Below are positions 24,335-37,174 of a stretch of DNA of 64,000 nucleotides, piece by piece. Under the pieces are notes generated by a model. That model did no database searches. It was not told the origin of the DNA and saw only the letters and a list, made by a program, of their open reading frames with translations. A program made the translations under genes and the position numbers. The stretch is from NCBI RefSeq assembly GCF_902713615.1, contig NC_052153.1:53112763-53176762 (forward strand), in the 5' to 3' direction. Within the stretch, counting starts at the first letter, position 1. Each line of letters begins with the position of its first letter. The DNA comes from Scyliorhinus canicula (lineage: Eukaryota).

Positions 24335-25450
24335 ATCATTTTGATCCATTTAATGGACATATACCTTTAAATCAAGCAGAGGGAAGTGAGGAACTCAAAT
24401 GTTGCAAAATAGTACACTATGCTATTGGAGATTTAGCTTTTGAACAGCAGAACTCAGACTTTCTGACAACCGAGAGATCGGAGGGATTCGGTTCGATTGG
24501 CTGGCTGGTGGCCAATGAATTGGCCAAAGGCCATATTCTGCTCGGTGACAGGTGGTGATTGGGTCATACCTGTGTGGGATGGTTTGCAGAGAACCCAGGA
24601 ACGTCCTGGACACAGAGAGAAGAAGCTGCGAGCTGCTGTATATCTCTCTCTCTTTCTCCAGAAATGCTGCCTAACTTCTTTTCTGAACCCACAAAGATGT
24701 TTTGAGACCTGAATGAATCTACAGTGAAAACCATTACAGACTAAAAGCAAAAGCCTCCAAATGAAGGTCTAGACTGAAGAAAGGTGTACTGGAAGACATC
24801 CTCATAGAAACTTATAAAATTCTAACAGGACTAGATGCAGGTAGATGCAGGGAAGATGTTACCAATGATAGGTGTGTCCAGAACCAGGGGTCACAGCCTG
24901 AGGATTCAGGGTAAACCATTTCGGACAGAGATAAGGAGACACTTCTTCACACAGAGTGGTGAGCCTGTGGAAGTAGTTGATGCTAAAACTTTGAATATAT
25001 TCAACAGACAGTTGAATATAGGACTGGGGGAGAATGGGATCAAAGGCTATGGGGAGAAAGCAGGATTAGGCTATTGAGTTGGATGATCAGACATGATCGT
25101 GATGAATGGAGGAGCAGGCTCGAAGGGCAAAAGGCCTCCTCCTGCTCCTATCTTCTATGTATCTATGCATCTATATATCTAAAGAGAGGGGGGGGGGGGG
25201 TTAGGAATTAGGTACGTGTTAACCAGTTGTATTTGCTGCCTATTTACTTATTGTTATTGTTCTTAATAATAATTAATTGTGTTTAATTAATTATGTTTAA
25301 TTGGAAGAATTAATTGGTGACTGTAGTTATTGGGCAGCCAGAGACCAAAGACTTTGGGTATTTTCCAAGAATTAATTTGTTAATTTCAATTGTGTTGTGA
25401 CTCTGGGTCAAGTGGGGTGGGGTTTAACCGTGCATTAGCCCAGGGATGCA
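24335..25450 (+). mobile_element. Probable LTR relic interrupted by a CR1 3' fragment (about 24805-25175)
   Basis: CCAAT-rich U3-like part and AT-rich U5-like part. The inserted CR1 encodes RTRGHSLRI...FFTQ. Confidence 0.45.
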
Positions 25451-25660
25451 GACTTAAGAGACAATAGAAGCAGCCCGTGCGCCAACGGTGGACAAACTGA
25501 GAGTCTCCAAAGCCCCAGAAAGTGTTGAGAATGTCAGGTTCTAAACATTTGCACTTTAAACCTCCCTCTTAGTTACAAATTAAGAGAATTTGACTCAAAA
25601 CAATAACCACATCGGCATTTCTACTCGGATGCATTAAGACGCAATAAACAATTCGGACTA

Positions 25661-25885
25661 GGGTGACACGTGACACAGGGGTTAGCACTGCAGCCGACGG
25701 TGCTGATGAACTGGGTTTGAATCCCGGCCCTGGGTCACTGTTTGTGCGGAGTTTGCACATTCTCCCCATGTTAGCGTGGGTTTCACCCCCACAACCCAAA
25801 GATGTGCAGGTTAGGTGGATTGGCCACACTAAATTGCCCTTAATTGGAAAAGAAAATATTTGGGTACTCTAAAAAAATTTTTTTA
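25661..25885 (+). mobile_element. V-SINE of the short A-tailed subfamily, followed by a CR1 3' fragment (25885-26500)
   Basis: gggtttcacccccacaacccaaag deletion variant; ends ...gggtactctaaaaaaa. Confidence 0.85.
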
Positions 25886-26766
25886 ATAATTCAGAAGGCA
25901 AATGATATGTTGGCCTTCATTACAAGGGAATTTGTGTACAGGAGTAAGATGCCGCTACAATTATATACAGCCTTGATGAGACAGTACCTGGAGAATTGTG
26001 TACTTTATTGGTTTTCTTATCTAAGGAAGGGTATAATTAAGGGAGTGCAACAAGTTTCACCAGACTAATCCTGGGATGGCAGGATTGTTTTATGAAGAGA
26101 GATCGATGAAACTGGGCCCATATTCTCTAGAATTTTGAAGAATAGAAGTGATCTCATTTAAATTTATAAAATTCTTCAGGGTGTGGCAGGGTAGATGCAG
26201 ATGGGATGTTTCCCCTGGCTGGCGAGTCTATAACCAGGGCCACAGTCTCAGAATAAGGGGTAGGCCATTTAAGACTGAGACCAGGAAGAATGTCTTTACT
26301 CAGCGTGGTGAATGTTTGGAATTATCTACCCCAGAAGGCTGTGGAAGCTCAATCACTGAGCATGTTCAAAATAGACATGAATAGATTTCTGTATAGTAAT
26401 AACATATGGGAATAGTGGTGGAAAATGGAGTAGAGGTAGATGATCAACCATGATCTGTTTGAATGGCAGAATAGGCTCTGACCCAAATGCCGTTCCTATA
26501 ATACAGGCTGATGTGATTCACAGTGCAATAGTGAAGGGTGCAAAGTTGCCATTGTAAAGATCAGCTTGCAGGCTTGGAGAGAGGAGAGAGACTAGTTCTA
26601 GATCACAAGCCTTTAGTTTTACTCTGGGGATGTTGTCCAGGCCCACAGCCTGTCTTGACAAGCAGGACATATTATGAACAAGAAGGACATTTTGCCTATG
26701 TCCAGTCACCTAAGAGTACAGTAAAAGAAATGTAAAATACCCATAAAAACATATTTGGCTTCTTAC

Positions 26767-26874
26767 CTGTGGCACATCTTCTTCCTGTGTTACGTTGGCA
26801 AAGTTTTCAAACATTGCCACCATTGAAGGAGCAGCAATCACATGGCAGTTCACAAGATCAGACAGAAAGCGAAC
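26767..26874 (-). CDS. NCBP1: NCBP1 exon 5 (VRFLSDLVNCHVIAAPSMVAMFENFANVTQEEDVPQ), 108 nt
   Basis: gcag|GTT...CAG|gtaag; translated by hand. Confidence 0.97.
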
Positions 26875-27150
26875 CTGCAAAATGAACACAGCTTAATTGT
26901 AACATGCTGAAATTTGGTATACCGTATTTATCTATATTTACAATCCAAGATGACCACCAAACCCATACGACCAGAACAAAGACAAATATTTAGTCACCGT
27001 CAGTAGTCTACCCTTTCCACCCCACCCTGCCTCCCAACAGTCCCACAACCCAAATGAACAATAAATCAGCCAAAAGGCGATCAAAGACCGCACCTCATTC
27101 CACTCACCCATCCCCAAACAAAACAAGAACAAAAATCCTAAACTGATTAC

Positions 27151-29075
27151 ATTTTTCTTTTATAAATATTTTTATTCTGCATTTTCTCATTATCTTCAGA
27201 ATTTACACCCCACCAACAAACTGTAAACAGTAACGAATACAATGTCAATCCCCTTTATCATCAACAACGATCCCATCCTCCCACCACCCCCCAAAACAAC
27301 AGCCACCTGACAACAGAAGCATCAAATAAAACAAACCCTCCCAAGCTGGGTAGGAAAGGCAAAAAAGAAAAAGGAATCAGGAATGGCATATGGGTCACCA
27401 TTGACCTATACAGTCCACCCCACCTAATATTCAACGCCATCCAATACCTGAAAGAGTACTGTAAATGACATCTATCAATTATGGATGCCCCCCCCCCCCC
27501 CCCCCCCCCCCCGACTCCTCCCCTCCACTTCCTCTTGACTCACCCCGGCTAGACTCACCGAAACCTGTTCTACCAGGCTCAAATGGCCGTAGCTCCTCCC
27601 CCCCACCTCACTCCCATTCACTGCCCGGTTTCATGGAGGCCCCCGCCCGGGTCTCCTTCCCCCTTGCCCGGTCCCAGGTAAACCAAGAAATACCCTTTAC
27701 CCAAGCCCCAAAGAACCATCATTGCAAATGAAAGTCCCATCTCTTCCCTTGTCCAAATATATACAATGTTGGCTCATTTAGTACATACACTAACACGCAG
27801 TGAAAAAATAAAGTTACATGAGGCTACATCGGTCACGACTATTTCTCAATTCTGCCACAGTCCTGCCTTCGCAAACTCCTCCGCTGCTTCTGCCGTCCCA
27901 AAATAAAAGTGCTTGGATTTGTAGGTCACCCTCAATTTAGCTGGATATACTATGCCGCACTGCACCTTGCTGATGTACAGTGCCTTCTTCACCCAGCTGA
28001 AGGCAGCCCGCTCACTCGCCTTTGGTAGAGGCCTCCACGACTGCTGAGCCCGATCCAGTTCATCTCGGGAGGGATCGTCTCCCTCCCCCAATAGCCAACA
28101 TCGTGGCAAAATACTCCGTCGGTGTAGTGATCTGTACATCTACATCTGCACATACACCAGGGACTACTGACAGATGTAACAGCCACAGCATCACTAGAGG
28201 GCAACATCAGAGACGGGTATAAAGGGTCCAGCCCAAGGGAGGATCCGCCTCTTTCAGAAGCACAGGGCCAGCGAACAGCAGCAGACAGAGACAGCTCAGC
28301 ATAGGCAGTTTACCTTAGCTTCACTGGTCATACTGCTTGACTGTATATCTAGTTAAGCTCTGGAAAACAGAACAAACCCACTGAATAAAGTATTTGTGTT
28401 AACTGGAAGTCTACAATCTTTATTCAGATTTAGAGAATAACAGTCGGCCTGGGGCCTTCCACCCCTTCGGGCAGACACACAATCCTCAGATTCTGTCGCC
28501 TGGATCTGTTTTCCAGTCTTCCATTTTGGCTCGCAGACCCATTTTGGTCTCTATCACCGTCCACAACTCCTTCCCCATCGAGGTGAGTTGACCACTGTGC
28601 TGCGATAATGCCTCTTCCACTTCCTTCAGTGTCTCACCTTACTTCTGCACCTCCGCCGCAGCGCTTGATACCGCCACCCTCACCGGGGCAATCGTCTCCT
28701 CCACCAGCACTTTCAATACCGCCCCCATCTCCTTCTTCATTGCTTCCATGTGTTTTGTGAACTGTTTTTCAAGTTCCACAGCCATCACCTTGATCATGTC
28801 TTCTGCTGTGAACGATGCGGCCTCCCCTGGTGCTTAAACCTCCACTTTCCTTACAGTTCCTGCGCTGACTTTTTCACTCCCTGGCGGACTTCTGCTAACC
28901 CCCTTTTTCACGGTCGTTGTTCTCCCAACTTGGACATTTCTCCTCCCTGTGCCTTCTTACAGCCTTTTCAGCCTCCGTTGCTCCCGGGACCGGATGTTAA
29001 AACTCCGAAATCCCTATTCCCGAGCGGGAGCCCTCCAGTGTGTGGCTGCCTCCCGGCCGCCATCACCGGAAGCTC
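27151..29075 (-). mobile_element. Inner L1-derived element: 5'UTR, ORF1 (ATG 28937, stop 27846), last codons of ORF2, 3'UTR, A-tail
   Basis: Perfect 15-bp TSD tcctaaactgattac at 27136-27150 and 29076-29090. ORF1p motifs ENRSRRQNLRI and GIVYPAKLRVT. 3'UTR homologous to the L1 at 62040-62340. Confidence 0.9.
28123..28442 (+). mobile_element. 320-bp solo LTR (Gypsy/BEL-type) inside the L1 ORF1
   Basis: TG...CA termini; 5-bp TSD gtcgg at 28118-28122 and 28443-28447; TATAAA at about 28218; AATAAA at 28384-28389. Confidence 0.92.
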
Positions 29076-30879
29076 TCCTAAACTGATTACTTAAAACAAA
29101 ATCCTAAAGTAATGAACAGCAGATAACCCCACTCCTCCACTCCCGTTAAATAATTTTATAGCTAACAGGGTGAATCAGCCCCACCCTACATCTAACATTA
29201 AAACAAAAAGATAGAGGGAAAAAGAAAATCCACCTATTCCACAAACAATCCTAAAAATACAAACTACAAACTTGAGTAGAAAACCTTCCCAGCAAACCCC
29301 CATAATCACATACCCTCGCCCACAGAACATAAATCTCACAATAAATACAAATGCAGCGAACAATTAACAATTAATTTGCCCCTACCTCATGCTTCTTTAC
29401 AAACTCGTTTGCATCCTCTAACAGTCTCTCTTTTTAAAAGTCACTCAAAGATGTGCAGGGTATACCACCCCGAATCGCACAATGATTTTGTACAACATGC
29501 CTACTAGCAGGTTCTGGTCTCGCATCTTGATACATCCCGATGGCGTGGCTCTCCCATCAATAGTCTTTATGATGTTTCGCCCACTTCACGACCATACCTT
29601 CCGATCCATCTTCTCCAAGGCCTTCCGTTGCCTTTTCAAGGTCCTCAGACACCACCTGCTGCGGCTTCTTAAATTCTTCCAGCAAGAAGCTTGCCAACAT
29701 CTTGGCTGTACACGGAGAGGCCAAAGTCGCAGCAGGAGCCTCCAGCCATTTTCTCCACCGAGACTCACGTCGCTTCTGAGTCCGGCGATGATTCTTTGCC
29801 TGTCTGCTGCCTTGTGTTATACATGTTGGGCAATATTTTTTTTAGGTTTCTCACCACCCTCCCCCCTGCCACACATCACTCAATGACTGGGTGAAAAGGG
29901 TCAAAAACAAAGTACCCTGGCAGGACCCATGTATGCAACTGTTCACCACAAAGCTGCCACTGGAAGTCCGAAGTGATCTACTTTGCTAGCCTTGGAAATT
30001 GAAAGCAACTCTCCCAGTTTCAACACCACTAGATCTGTTCCTTCTCCTGTTCCAGTCATATTTCTTCCTCTGTTATGAAAACAGTTCCAACACTTAGAAG
30101 CCAATGAAACAATGCCCTTCCCTAGTCAATTTGGCATAGTTCAAATTGCAAAACAGCCAACATTAACTCAGTTTCATTTTGGCTTATATAAAACCACCAA
30201 GTTGTATGTATATAGCAACTTTAGCACTGCAAAACATTTCAAGGTCTTCCACATAGCAGATTTAGAGAACAACCAGTAACAAAACATTTAAGAGATGGCC
30301 AAAAGCACAGTCAGATGGATTTTTCAAAAAGATTTTAAAAATAAATAACAAGGCACAAGAATTTAGTAACAAAGTTCCAGACAGTACTGCGGCAACAGAT
30401 GAAGGCTGTACCATCACCTGGGAGAAGGAAGATCAGCAAGTGTGCAGGAGGTGAGATTTGGAAGGCCAAAGACATAGTAAAGGCTGAATGAGGTGAACTT
30501 GAAATGGCACCTTTAACATAAAAAAGGTCCCCACGTGCTTCATAAATAGGTGTAATGAAAGCGGACAGAACGCAACAAGGGAGAATGGTGGTGATAATGA
30601 TTTGTAAATGAGGATTCTGAATTTGATGCATGAAGAATGGGAAGTCAATGGATATTGTTCTGCTCTGGATAAACGCGCTGGACATGGTAGCAAAGGATGT
30701 GGCTCGAGAGGTTTAGAATGGATTGCGATTTGGAAAGTGGAGCTCAAGACACCAGCCAAGGAAGAGTTTAAGAAGAGAAATGCAGATAAGAATCGTAAGG
30801 ATGGTGTAAATCAGGCAAACGGGAGGTGGATGTATATGTTTGCACATAGCTCAATAAAAGGTGGCACACTATCAATAAG

Positions 30880-31870
30880 ACCATGAGAAATAGTAACAGG
30901 AATAAGACAGTGAGAAATAGTAACAGGAGTAGGCCATTCAGCCCTTCGAGTATGCTCCGCCATTTAATAACACCATGGCTGATCTAACACCCAATCTAAC
31001 CCCGTCCACTTTCTTGCATTCTCTCCATAACCCTTAATTCACCTGATTAAAAATCTATCAATCTCAAATGTTCAAGAGCTCGGCCTTCACAGCTTCCTGG
31101 AGTAAAGAATTCCAAAGATTCACCACTCTTTCAGAGAAGAAAGTCTTCCTCAAATCAGTCTTAAATGAGCACCCCTTTATTCTGTAACTCTACCCTGCAT
31201 TCCTACACTCTCCCACGAGTGGAAACATGCTTCCAACATTTACCCTGTCTACTCTGTCTAACCTCCTAAGATTCTTATATGTTTCAATCATATCACTTCT
31301 CATTCTTCTCAACTCCCAAGGAAAACAGCCCCAACGGCTTTAATCTTTCCCATATGGCAGTCCTTCCATACCCAGGATCATCCTAGTAAAGTTCCTCTGT
31401 TCTGCCTCCAGCGATAACATGTATGTATTTTCTTAAATAAGAGGACCAAACTATACACAGTATTCTAAACGTGACCTCACTGGTACTTTGTATAGTTGCA
31501 ACAACACCTTTTTACTTTTATACTCTAGCCCCATTAAAATTAAAGCCAGCATTCTATTTGCCGTTCCTATTTTCTTCAATACCACTATGCTAGTTTTCTG
31601 GGTTTCATGAACAACGACCCCAAATCCACTTGTGCTAAAACTTTCTGCAGTTTCTCTCCATTTAAATAATAATCCGCCTTCTCATTCTTTCTTCCAAAAC
31701 AAACCATCTCACATTTTCACCACACCAAATTCCATTTGTCCATTTTCTGCACTCAAATAACCTATCAATATTTCTCTATAAAGTATCTATATCCTCCCTA
31801 CAGCCATTTGTATCATCCGCAAATTTGGCCAGAGCACACACTGTTCCTTCCTCAAAATTATCAATATAAT
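30880..31870 (-). mobile_element. CR1 LINE 3' part with duplicated terminal unit
   Basis: KFADDT in ORF 31776..32030; aataagac..tgagaaatagtaacagg repeated twice at the 3' end. Confidence 0.85.
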
Positions 31871-32394
31871 TCAACCGCTGCATTGTGCTCGGCGCGGATC
31901 TGGGCATGCAGTTAAATAGGGGAAAGGGCAAAAATTGAGATTCATGTCTCCTCCTGGATGGCAAGTGCTGGATCACACCCAAATATGGCGTGCATATCAT
32001 CGATCCCATTAACACCAATTTCCATCTCATTAATGAGATTGAAGTCAGGGGGGCTGAAGCTTTCCAGGTTGGACCGCCCCCAGGCCGGTGGTGATGGCTA
32101 TTGCTAATAAGGAATTGGCCTTGTCAGTTGTGAGAGCACTTCCCAGCTGCAGTTTGTGTTTGCTGCTTTCTATTGATTAGCTGTAAATGCCTGGAGACTG
32201 TAGCTGAGAGCTTGTTTGCTGTATGCTGCTGCCTCTTTCCCTTAGACTTACTTGCAACTTTCTGGATGAAAAGAAGGAAGAAAGAAGGCCGTTGCCTTTC
32301 AGTCTATTTTACCTGGAGAGCGGCGAGGAGAGGATTTGGGCCTACTACTGGACTGAGGATGGAGGACTTGCTGAGTAGTCTGGATGTTTTTAAA

Positions 32395-34886
32395 AACAGA
32401 TTATGGATAGGTGTGGAGGTCTCAGGGTTGTTGTCATGGGTGACTGTAACTTTCCAAATATTGATTGGAACCTCTATAGGTCGAACAGTTCGGATGGGGC
32501 AATTTTTGTACAGTGTGTGCAGGAGGGTTTCCTGACACAATATGTGGATAGGCCGACAAGAGGGGGTTCCACATTGGATTTGGTACTGGGTAATGAACCA
32601 TGCCAAGTATTGGATTTGTTTGTGGGAGAGCACTTTGGAGATAGTGACCACAATTTGGTGTATTTCACTATTGCAATGGAGAGGGATAGGGCCATACAGC
32701 AGGGCAAGGTTTATAATTGGGGGAGGGGTAATTATGATGCGATTAGGCAAGAATTAGGGAGCATAAGATGGGAACAGAAACCGTCAGGGAAAGGCACAAA
32801 TGAAAAGTGGAGCTTGTTCAAAGAACAAATACTGCGTGTCCTTGATAGGCATGTCCCTGTCAGGCAGGGAGGAAATGGCCGTGTGAGGGAACCATGGTTC
32901 ATTAAAGAGGTTGAATGTCTTGTCAAGAGGAAAAAGGGAGAGTATGTCAGGATGAGAAAACAAGGTTCAGTTGGGTCGCTTGAGGGTTACAAGGTGGCAA
33001 GGAATGAGCTTAAAAAAAAAGGGCTCAGGAGAGCTAGGAGGGGGCATGAGAAATCCTTGGCGGGTTGGATCAAGAAAAACCCCAAGGCTTTTTACTCTTA
33101 TGTGAGAAATAAAAGAATGACCAGGGTGAGGGTAGGGCCGGTCAAGGACAGTAGTGGGAGCTTGTGTATGGAGTCAGAAGAAATAGGAGAGGCGTTGAAT
33201 GAATACTTTTCTTCAGTGTTCACCAAGGAGAGAGGCCATGTTTTTGAGGATGAGAGTGTGATACAGGCGGGTAGGCTGGAGGAGGTAGATGTTCTGAGGA
33301 AGGATGTATTAGCAATTTTGAAAAACCCGAGGGTCGACAAGTCCCCATGGCCAGATGGGATATATCCAAGGATTCTTTGGGAGGCAAGGGATGAGATTGC
33401 AGAGTCTTTGGCTTTGATCTTGGAGTCTTCATTGCACACGGGGATAGTCCCATAGGAATGGAGAGTGCCGAATGTTGTTTCTCTGTTCAAGAAAGGGAAT
33501 AGGAATGACCCTGGTAATTATAGGCCAGTTAGTCTTACTTCGGTGGTCGGTAAGTTAATGGAAAAGGTCACGAAGGATAGGATTTATGACTATTTGGAAA
33601 GATGCAGCTTAATCTGAGATAGTCAACACGGATTCGTGAAGGGCAAGTCTTGCCTCACAAATTTGATTGAATTCTTTGAGGTGGTAACTAAGTGTGTAGA
33701 TGAAGGTAGAGTAGTTGATGCCGTATACATGGATTTTAGTAAGGCGCTTGATAAGGTTCCCCATGGTTGGCTCATGAAGAAAGTAAGGAGGTGTGGGATA
33801 GAGGGAAATTTGGCCAATTGGATAAGTAACTGGCTATCACATAGAAGACAGAGAGGGTGGTGGTGGATGGAAAATTTTCAGACTAGGGACCAGTTACCAG
33901 CGGTGTACCACAGGGATCAGTGCTGGGTCCTCTCCTATTTGTGATTTTTATCAATGACTTGGAGGATGGGGCTGAAGGGTGGGTCAGTAAATTTGCTGAT
34001 GACACCAAGATTGGTGGAGTAGTGGATGAGGTGGAGGGCTGTTGTAGGCTGCAAAGAGACATTGATAGGATGCAGAGGGGCTGAAAAATGGCAGATGGAG
34101 TTTAATCCTGATAAGTGCGAGGTGAATCATTTTGGTAGAAAAAATTTGAATGCGGATTACAGGGTCAACAGCAGGGTTCTGAGGAATGTGGAGCAACAGA
34201 GAGATATTGGGGTTCATGTCCACAGATCTCTGAAGGTTGCCACTCAAGTGGATAAAGCCGCGAAGAAGGCCTATAGCGTGTTAGCGTTTATTAACGGGGG
34301 CTTGAGTTTAAGAGCCGCGGGGTTATGCTGCAACTATACATGACCCTGGTGAGACCACATTTGGAGTATTGTGTGTAGTTCTGGTCACCTCATTATAGGA
34401 AGGATGTGGAAGCATTGGAAAGGGTGCAAAGGAAATTTATCAGAATGCTGCCTGGTTTGCAGGATATGTCTTATGAGGAAAGGTTGAGGGAGCTAGGGCT
34501 TTTCTCTTTAGAGTGGAGGAGGATGAGAGGCGACTTAATAGAGGTTTATAAGATGATGAGGGGGATAGGTAGAGTGGACGTTCAGAGGCTATTTCCTCGG
34601 GTGGATGTAGCTGTTACAAGAGGGCATAACTATAAGATTCAGGGTGGGAGATATAGGAGGGATATCCGAGGTAGGTTCTTTACTCAAGAGAGTGGTTAGG
34701 GTGTGGAATGGACTGCCTGCTGTGATAATGGAGTCAGACACTTTAGGAACTTTCAAGCGGTTATTGGATAGGCACATGGAGCACACCAGAATGACAGGGA
34801 GTGGGATAGCTTGATCTTGGTTTCGGACAATGCTCGGCACAACATCGAGGGCCGAAGGGCCTGTTCTGTGCTGTACTGTTCTATGT
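32395..34886 (+). mobile_element. HER1-like CR1 LINE (APE endonuclease C-terminus plus RT), with stops and frameshifts
   Basis: VMGDCNFP, LDLVL, SDHN, SCLTNL, FADDT motifs; canonical tail. Confidence 0.95.
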
Positions 34887-35479
34887 TAATTAACACTACA
34901 ATCTAATTAAGAGCCGATGATATAACATTATTACAGTACTCAGGCAATGAATCTACAAATATTATGCTTGCTATAGAATGGTGTAGATATCACTTTGCAA
35001 AAGTCATTCAATTATGTTCATGCCAAACCAGGTGATGTTAGGATTTAACAGGACAAAATTAGATATTTTCAGGAAAGGTCACCGCATGCCAATTATGAGG
35101 TAACAGACTTTTATAATGGATATTGGATACATTAGCAAGGAATAATACATTTTTCAGCCAGGCTTGTTAAAGTGCAGTGTAGCTAATATATAATGTTCCA
35201 GTTGGTTGTCATTTTCATAATGTGAACAAAAATATAGAAATTATCACACTCTCAACATTATCAGCCCCCAATAATTGATTTATTAAACAGAGGTGCAAGG
35301 CCTCTACTGAAAAACATTCACAGTACTGAACATTAGTTTTAATCAAGCCAAAGTTGTACAGTGGCAAACATGACAGTATTATTGAGAATTTTTGAAGGTC
35401 AATTGATTGTGACCCAGTAAGCAGAACAAAGTGCGAAGAGATTTCGCAAACCGTCAAAAAAACAAATGGTAGCACTTAC

Positions 35480-35636
35480 AGTAAAAGATGCCTCATAGTA
35501 CATATTAGCTTTCAAAGTTTCCTTGAGCTGTCTAACCATAGCTTCGACAAATTCTCCACCAAAGTTGTAGTTCCTTGCATTTAACAGCCCCACCAATGTT
35601 GTGTAGACAGTTAATTTTTCAGGAAGCTGTCGTGCT
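35480..35636 (-). CDS. NCBP1: NCBP1 exon 4 (ARQLPEKLTVYTTLVGLLNARNYNFGGEFVEAMVRQLKETLKANMYYEASFT), 157 nt
   Basis: ctag|A...ACT|gtaagt. MIF4G-domain sequence; ORF track 35399..35830. Confidence 0.97.
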
Positions 35637-36055
35637 CTAGAGGGCAAAATAAGTATGCATTTTACTGATAATGTAAGCCAACAGAGGTGGGAGAAAAACC
35701 ACTTGCCTCCACATTTAAAATATTTCAATCTATTAGACCATTCTAATTTTCCTTTTGTGAATTTATTTCTCAAACAGAATGCGCAAAGCAATTTATTCAA
35801 AATACGAACAGTTAGTATGCTGCAATACATAACTATTTCCCCAAATGCTGTTTTTTTTATATTGGAAGCATCCCTCCCATGATAACCAAATATCAGTTGT
35901 GATTCACGGTGCCAATTTTCTCTAATTCTTCCATTTCACTCGAGCATTAATTTCTAACCTGTCCAACAAACTAAGGGTCAGACTATGATAATTCCTTATA
36001 ATATGTAATGTTCTGAAACAAATTTATCTAATGTATAACGTTTAATTCAACTTAC

Positions 36056-36156
36056 ACTGCACAAAGTATTCTCAGGATTTTACTTTTATAGTTTGGCAGG
36101 TCAGCTTCTAAAACTCCGGCTAGACCTTCCAGGTTGCTCTCCAATGAGGATGTGCT
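36056..36156 (-). CDS. NCBP1: NCBP1 exon 3 ([34 protein letters not shown]), 101 nt
   Basis: acag|...GT|gtaag. Also visible in ORF track 36052..36243. Confidence 0.97.
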
Positions 36157-36524
36157 CTGTAAATCAGAACATAAGAATCTGTATTTAGTGCATATGCCAG
36201 GACATGCAAGATGCCAGGGCTGATGGCATGTGCAAGGTGCCAAACAACATCAAAGGCTTTGGAGAAATGCAAGGCGATAACAACCGACTACTAATGGGGA
36301 GGACAATATTTAAAAGTTTGTGATTGAACTGGAAGATGGAAAACTCAGTACATATTTGAAAACATTGAGATGTAGTGAAAATACCTTTGTTGGAAATGTA
36401 ACTTTTGTTCCCAATCCTGACAGAGGCCTCAATTCCCACATCACAGTAAAAATTAGTTGACACACATTATTTCTAAATGTTCATCAGTAGGTTATTAAAT
36501 TAAGAGTGAAGTAAGAGGCTCTAC

Positions 36525-36610
36525 CTTTTCTCCTACACGACATATCAAAGATTCCAATCGATCTTCAATTTCAATTGGCTCAGATGTCCTTCTCCGTTTG
36601 TGAGGTTGCC
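36525..36610 (-). CDS. NCBP1: NCBP1 exon 2 (QPHKRRRTSEPIEIEDRLESLICRVGEK), 86 nt
   Basis: ttag|GG...AAG|gtag. Phase matches exon 1; second half of the NLS. One Gly shorter than the human sequence as recalled. Confidence 0.96.
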
Positions 36611-36644
36611 CTAATGGAAAATAAAACAAATCATCATTAATTCA

Positions 36645-36725
36645 AAACAAAAACAGAAAATGCTTGACAATCTCGACAGGTCTGTCGGCATCTGTGGAGA
36701 GAGAACAGAGCTAACGTTTCGAGTA
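36645..36725. mobile_element. Penelope-like fragment about 35 bp from the NCBP1 exon 2 acceptor
   Basis: Homologous to the arm at 61217-61300 (agaaaatgct...gcatctgtgg...gctaacgtttcgagt). Confidence 0.7.
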
Positions 36726-36840
36726 TGGATCTCTGTTATTTGGCTGAAATATTTTTGTTAAAACCAGCAACAAATAATTGCAAATTTTAGATGAGGCACA
36801 TTTTTTGTACATCTCCAGTCATATTAACATTGGATGAAGG

Positions 36841-37174
36841 TCATAGAATTTACAGTGCAAAAGGAGGCCAGTCAGCCCATCGAATCTGCACCGGCCCTTG
36901 GAAAGAGCACCCCACTTAAGCCCCCCACCCTATCCTCGTAACCCAGTAACTCCATGTAACCTTTTTGGACACTAAAGGACAATTTAGCATGGCCATTCCA
37001 CCTAACCTGCACATATTTGGACTGTGGAAGGAAACCGAAGCACCCTGAGTAAACCTACGCAGACATGGGGAGAAAGTGCAAACTCCACACAGACAGTTGC
37101 CCAAGGCCAGTATTGAACCCGGGACCCTGGAGTTGCGAGGCAACAGTGCTTCCCACGTGCCACCATGCCACCCC
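36841..37174 (-). mobile_element. Full-length HE1-type V-SINE, CR1-tailed
   Basis: tRNA head, V-domain and ctgtaaattctatga tail. Confidence 0.9.

Larger units (their letters stand above)
26930..29968 (-). mobile_element. Outer L1-derived element with ORF1 remnant and no detectable ORF2
   Basis: 5' end GACTTCCAGTGGC; ORF1 C-terminal VRFGVVYPA motif near 29460; GT-rich 3' part split by the inner element. Confidence 0.65.
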
